From positions 608,001-672,000 of the forward strand of contig CAWDSK010000002.1 in the NCBI GenBank assembly GCA_963804995.1: DNA of 64,000 bases. Direction: 5' to 3'. This document shows, piece by piece, positions 60,933 through 64,000 of this stretch (position 1 is the stretch's first letter; every line of letters starts with the position of its first letter). The notes below the pieces were generated by a model. The model did no database searches and had not been told where the DNA came from. It saw only the letters and a list, made by a program, of their open reading frames with translations. This DNA comes from an uncultured Acidobacteriota bacterium (GTDB lineage: Bacteria; Acidobacteriota; Terriglobia; UBA7540). A program made the translations under genes and the position numbers.

Positions 60933-61126
60933 AACTTACGGTTCACCACCAGGACACCAGACACGAAAGAAAGGCATTAAATGCTTATAGGTTACAGGGA
61001 TAAGGCGGTGCTTTTCCCTGTAACCTTCTACCTGGTTCTCTTGGTACCGATGTGTATTTGTGGTCGATGGATCGGTGCCGGTGGCCGCACTTGCTTAAGT
61101 GCCTCGAAGCAAGTTAGGATACAAAT

Positions 61127-61231
61127 ATTCTCCGAGCCCGCCGTGCTAACGGAGCCTTAAAATCCCAGGCGCAGCGGGCCGATAGGGTAGCGTGAGAAAT
61201 CGCGCCGCCTCCCGTGTTTGGAAAGGAGAAT
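61127..61231 (+). ncRNA. Molybdenum cofactor (Moco) riboswitch
   Basis: P1 ATTCTCC/GGAGAAT, CCGAG..CTAA, GGCCGATAGGGT, GAAA-loop stem, GCCTCCCGTGTTTGGAAAGGAG 3' signature; upstream of moaA. Confidence 0.88.
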
Positions 61232-61234
61232 GCC

Positions 61235-61267
61235 GCCGGCTCCAAACACGTGCCGGCATTTTTGTTT
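61235..61267 (+). terminator. Riboswitch-controlled intrinsic terminator
   Basis: GCCGGC-TCCAAACACGT-GCCGGC-ATTTTTGTTT. Confidence 0.75.
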
Positions 61268-61279
61268 GGGGGACTTGCT

Positions 61280-61426
61280 AGGGAATAGGGAACAGGGAAT
61301 AGGTGACGGGTCAGAGGAATGGTTATTGGTGACTATGAACAGCAAAATTGCCTTTCATTCACCTTATCTGTTCCCTGTTCCCTATTCCCTGTTCCCTTTA
61401 GCCTGTTCCCTGTTCCCTGTAACCTG
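61280..61426. repeat. Inverted pair of heptamer tandem arrays
   Basis: AGGGAAT/AGGGAAC units on the left; (TTCCCTG)n-like units on the right ending just before the moaA ATG. Confidence 0.8.
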
Positions 61427-61431
61427 CTCTT

Positions 61432-62418
61432 ATGCTGCACGATAAATTAGGGCGTGAGATTCACGACCTGCGGATTTCGGTGACGGACCGTTGCAACTTC
61501 AGTTGCGTTTATTGCAAGGGGGCCGACCCGAAGAACTACTTCCCGCACCGCGACTTGCTGACGTGGGAGGAATTCCTGCGCCTCAGCCGCGTGCTGGTGG
61601 GCCAGGGGATTCGCAAAATCCGTGTGACGGGAGGCGAGCCGCTGCTGCGCGAGGGAGTCATCGATTTCATTGCGGCCTTGCGCGGTATCGACGGCTTGGC
61701 TGACGTCGCGATCACCACCAACGGCTACCTGTTGCCGGAGATGGCGCGGGAACTGGCGGCCGCCGGCGCCCCGCGCGTTACCGTCAGCCTGGATTCGACG
61801 GACCCCGAAAAGTTCGCGAAGATCACGCGCACACCGCGCTCTTATGAAAAAGTCATGGCCGGTATTGACGCCGCTCTGGAAGCGGGTCTGCGTCCGGTAA
61901 AGGTCAATATTGTTCTGGTGCGTGGCTTCAACGACGACGAAATCGTGGAATTCGCGCGCCTCGCGCGCCGTCGCGACATCGTGGTGCGGTTCATAGAATT
62001 CATGCCGCTCAACGCCGACCACACCTGGAAGAGGGAATTAGTGATCACGGCCAGGGAAATTGTGGATGCCATCCACCCCGTGTTTCCGCTCGTCGAGGTT
62101 CCCCGCCACTCGCCCAGTGAGACGGCGCTGCGCTACCGGTTCGCGGACGGCCAGGGTGAGCTCGGCATCATTGCGCCCGTTTCCATTCCCTTCTGCGGGC
62201 AGTGCAGCCGCATTCGGCTAACCGCCGAGGGTAAGCTGCGCACCTGCCTTTTCTCCATGCGCGAACATGACGTGCGGCACCTGGTCCGTAACGGCGCCAC
62301 CGATCACGATATCGCGAGCTTCATGGAAAAGGTCGTGCACCAGAAGGAACCCGGCCATCGCATCAATGAACCGGATTTCGTGCAGCCCTCCCGTACCATG
62401 GTTTACATCGGAGGGTGA
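61432..62418 (+). CDS. moaA: GTP 3',8-cyclase
   Basis: LRISVTDRCNFSCVYC, TGGEPL, RFIEFMP, FCGQCSRIRLT and C-terminal IGG motifs. Confidence 0.97.
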   Translation: MLHDKLGREIHDLRISVTDRCNFSCVYCKGADPKNYFPHRDLLTWEEFLRLSRVLVGQGIRKIRVTGGEPLLREGVIDFIAALRGIDGLADVAITTNGYLLPEMARELAAAGAPRVTVSLDSTDPEKFAKITRTPRSYEKVMAGIDAALEAGLRPVKVNIVLVRGFNDDEIVEFARLARRRDIVVRFIEFMPLNADHTWKRELVITAREIVDAIHPVFPLVEVPRHSPSETALRYRFADGQGELGIIAPVSIPFCGQCSRIRLTAEGKLRTCLFSMREHDVRHLVRNGATDHDIASFMEKVVHQKEPGHRINEPDFVQPSRTMVYIGG

Positions 62419-62439
62419 TAAAATATCAGCAGGGCAATT

Positions 62440-63534
62440 ATGGCGACGGCAACACTTACTCTTCTTCCCGAGACCTACGTTGAGCTTTCCGCGTTGGAAC
62501 TCGAGGAGCGCATTACGCGTGCCAAGGCGCAACTCGGCTCGCGGCTGGTGATCCTGGGGCACCACTATCAGCGTGACGAAGTGGTGAAATTCGCTGATTA
62601 CCGTGGTGATTCGCTGCGTCTCTCGCGGCTCGCTGCCAGCCGCCCGGAAGCGGAGTACATCGTGTTCTGCGGCGTGCATTTCATGGCGGAGAGCGCTGAC
62701 ATCCTGAGTGGCGAACATCAAATCGTCATGCTTCCCGACCTCAACGCGGGCTGCTCCATGGCGGACATGGCGAACCTCGAGCAGGTGGAAGTTTGCTGGG
62801 AAGCTCTGTGTGGGGTGAACAGCGGCAAGATCGTGCCGGTAACTTATATCAACTCCACTGCGGCCATCAAAGCTTTCGTGGGGAGGAATGGCGGAGCGGT
62901 TTGCACTTCCTCGAACGCGCGAAAAATCATGGAGTGGGCGCTTGCACACGGCGAGAAGGCCTTGTTCCTGCCTGATGAGCACCTGGGCCGCAATACGGGT
63001 TACGGGCTGGGGATTCCGCTCGAGGCGATGGTGGTGTGGGACCCGCGGGAAGAAAACGGCGGTCTCAGCGACAACCAGATTCGCGCGGCGCGCATTTACT
63101 TGTGGAAGGGTCACTGCTCCGTGCACCAGCGTTTCCGCCCTGAGCACGTCGAGCGTGTGCGCAAGACCCACCCGGGTATCCGCGTGATAGCCCATCCCGA
63201 GTGCTCATGGGAAGTTTGCCAGTTGGCCGACGAAGTGGGCTCAACGGAATACATCATGAAGCGCGTTGTGGAAGCGCCGCCGGGCAGCGCCTGGGCGGTG
63301 GGGACGGAAATCCACATGATTCGCCGCCTGGCCGCCGAGCACCCGGACCGGCTGGTGGTTTCGCTCGACGATTGTGTTTGCATGTGCAGCACCATGTACC
63401 GGATCTCGCCCCAGCATCTCTGCTGGACACTGGAGAGCCTGCTGTCCGGCCAAGTCGTCAACCGTGTGACCGTCGACCCTGAAACCAAGCGTTGGGCGCT
63501 CGGCGCTCTGAATCGCATGTTGGAAATCAAGTGA
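62440..63534 (+). CDS. nadA: Quinolinate synthase
   Basis: LGHHYQ, FCGVHFMAE, AGCSMA, TYINS, CTSSNA and HPEC motifs. Confidence 0.96.
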   Translation: MATATLTLLPETYVELSALELEERITRAKAQLGSRLVILGHHYQRDEVVKFADYRGDSLRLSRLAASRPEAEYIVFCGVHFMAESADILSGEHQIVMLPDLNAGCSMADMANLEQVEVCWEALCGVNSGKIVPVTYINSTAAIKAFVGRNGGAVCTSSNARKIMEWALAHGEKALFLPDEHLGRNTGYGLGIPLEAMVVWDPREENGGLSDNQIRAARIYLWKGHCSVHQRFRPEHVERVRKTHPGIRVIAHPECSWEVCQLADEVGSTEYIMKRVVEAPPGSAWAVGTEIHMIRRLAAEHPDRLVVSLDDCVCMCSTMYRISPQHLCWTLESLLSGQVVNRVTVDPETKRWALGALNRMLEIK

Positions 63535-63625
63535 CGGTGCAACGCGAGCCGAGCCCTTAGGCGTGCCCTGAAGCTGGCGGCAGGGCGGCGCAATAATTCA
63601 CACGCGTCAGGCATCCTTACATCCC

Positions 63626-64000
63626 ATGGCCGACAAATATTTTGACCGTCGCGAAGCGGAAGAACTTCTGCCCACCCTCACGCCCTGGCTTGAAGAAGCG
63701 CGGGGCGAGAAGAAGAAAATCGACGCTTACAAAGAAGAGTTGGCGCAGGCTGCTTCCCGGATCATGGTGCTGGGCGGCACCTTCCCACCTTTTGCCGACC
63801 TCATGCGCAAGAAATCTGAGCACGATGCCGCCGCGGCGCGCCTCTCAGAAATCGTCAATCAAATTCAAGAGACCGGGTGCCTGGTAAAGGACCTTGACGA
63901 GGGGTTGGTGGATTTCCCCAGCCTTCTTGACGGAGAAGAGATTTACCTCTGCTGGAAGCTTGGCGAGGAACGCATTGGGTTCTGGCACGGGATTGAGGAA
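63626..64000 (+). CDS. DUF2203 family protein (partial, runs off window edge)
   Basis: Manual translation MADKYFDRREAEELLP...GCLVKDLDEGLVDFPS..EIYLCWKLGEERIGFWH. Confidence 0.85.
   Translation, partial: MADKYFDRREAEELLPTLTPWLEEARGEKKKIDAYKEELAQAASRIMVLGGTFPPFADLMRKKSEHDAAAARLSEIVNQIQETGCLVKDLDEGLVDFPSLLDGEEIYLCWKLGEERIGFWHGIEE

Overview
GC-rich bacterial chromosomal segment. Gene content and style suggest Acidobacteriota/Terriglobia (inference only). Housekeeping blocks: tRNA-Leu(CAG), trpS-scpA-scpB-rluB, mnmG, purD-purE, pyrF-pyrE, ruvX-mltG, argC-argB-argD-argF-argA with ARG-box-like sites, sdhCDAB, hsp20-clpB, htpX, Moco riboswitch-moaA-nadA. Main highlights: (1) one ~1074-aa ORF fuses a DmsE/MtrA-type decaheme cytochrome (10 CxxCH) through a Pro/Ala linker to an MtrB/PioB-like outer-membrane beta-barrel, a candidate single-polypeptide electron conduit behind a sigma-54-type promoter. 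(2) Three selenoprotein genes are split by the ORF caller: an AhpD-like CxxU protein and two tandem signal-peptide-bearing TxxU peroxiredoxins. Each in-frame UGA is followed by a SECIS-like hairpin with an AGGnU apex. (3) A ~7 kb toxin-antitoxin-dense island follows clpB, with modules partly separated by one REP-like repeat family. (4) Nested REP/MITE elements are abundant, including REP-like sequence in-frame inside mnmG. Several conserved genes (scpA, rluB, pyrE and others) carry single-base frameshifts that look like sequencing indels, so frame-dependent claims need read-level checks.
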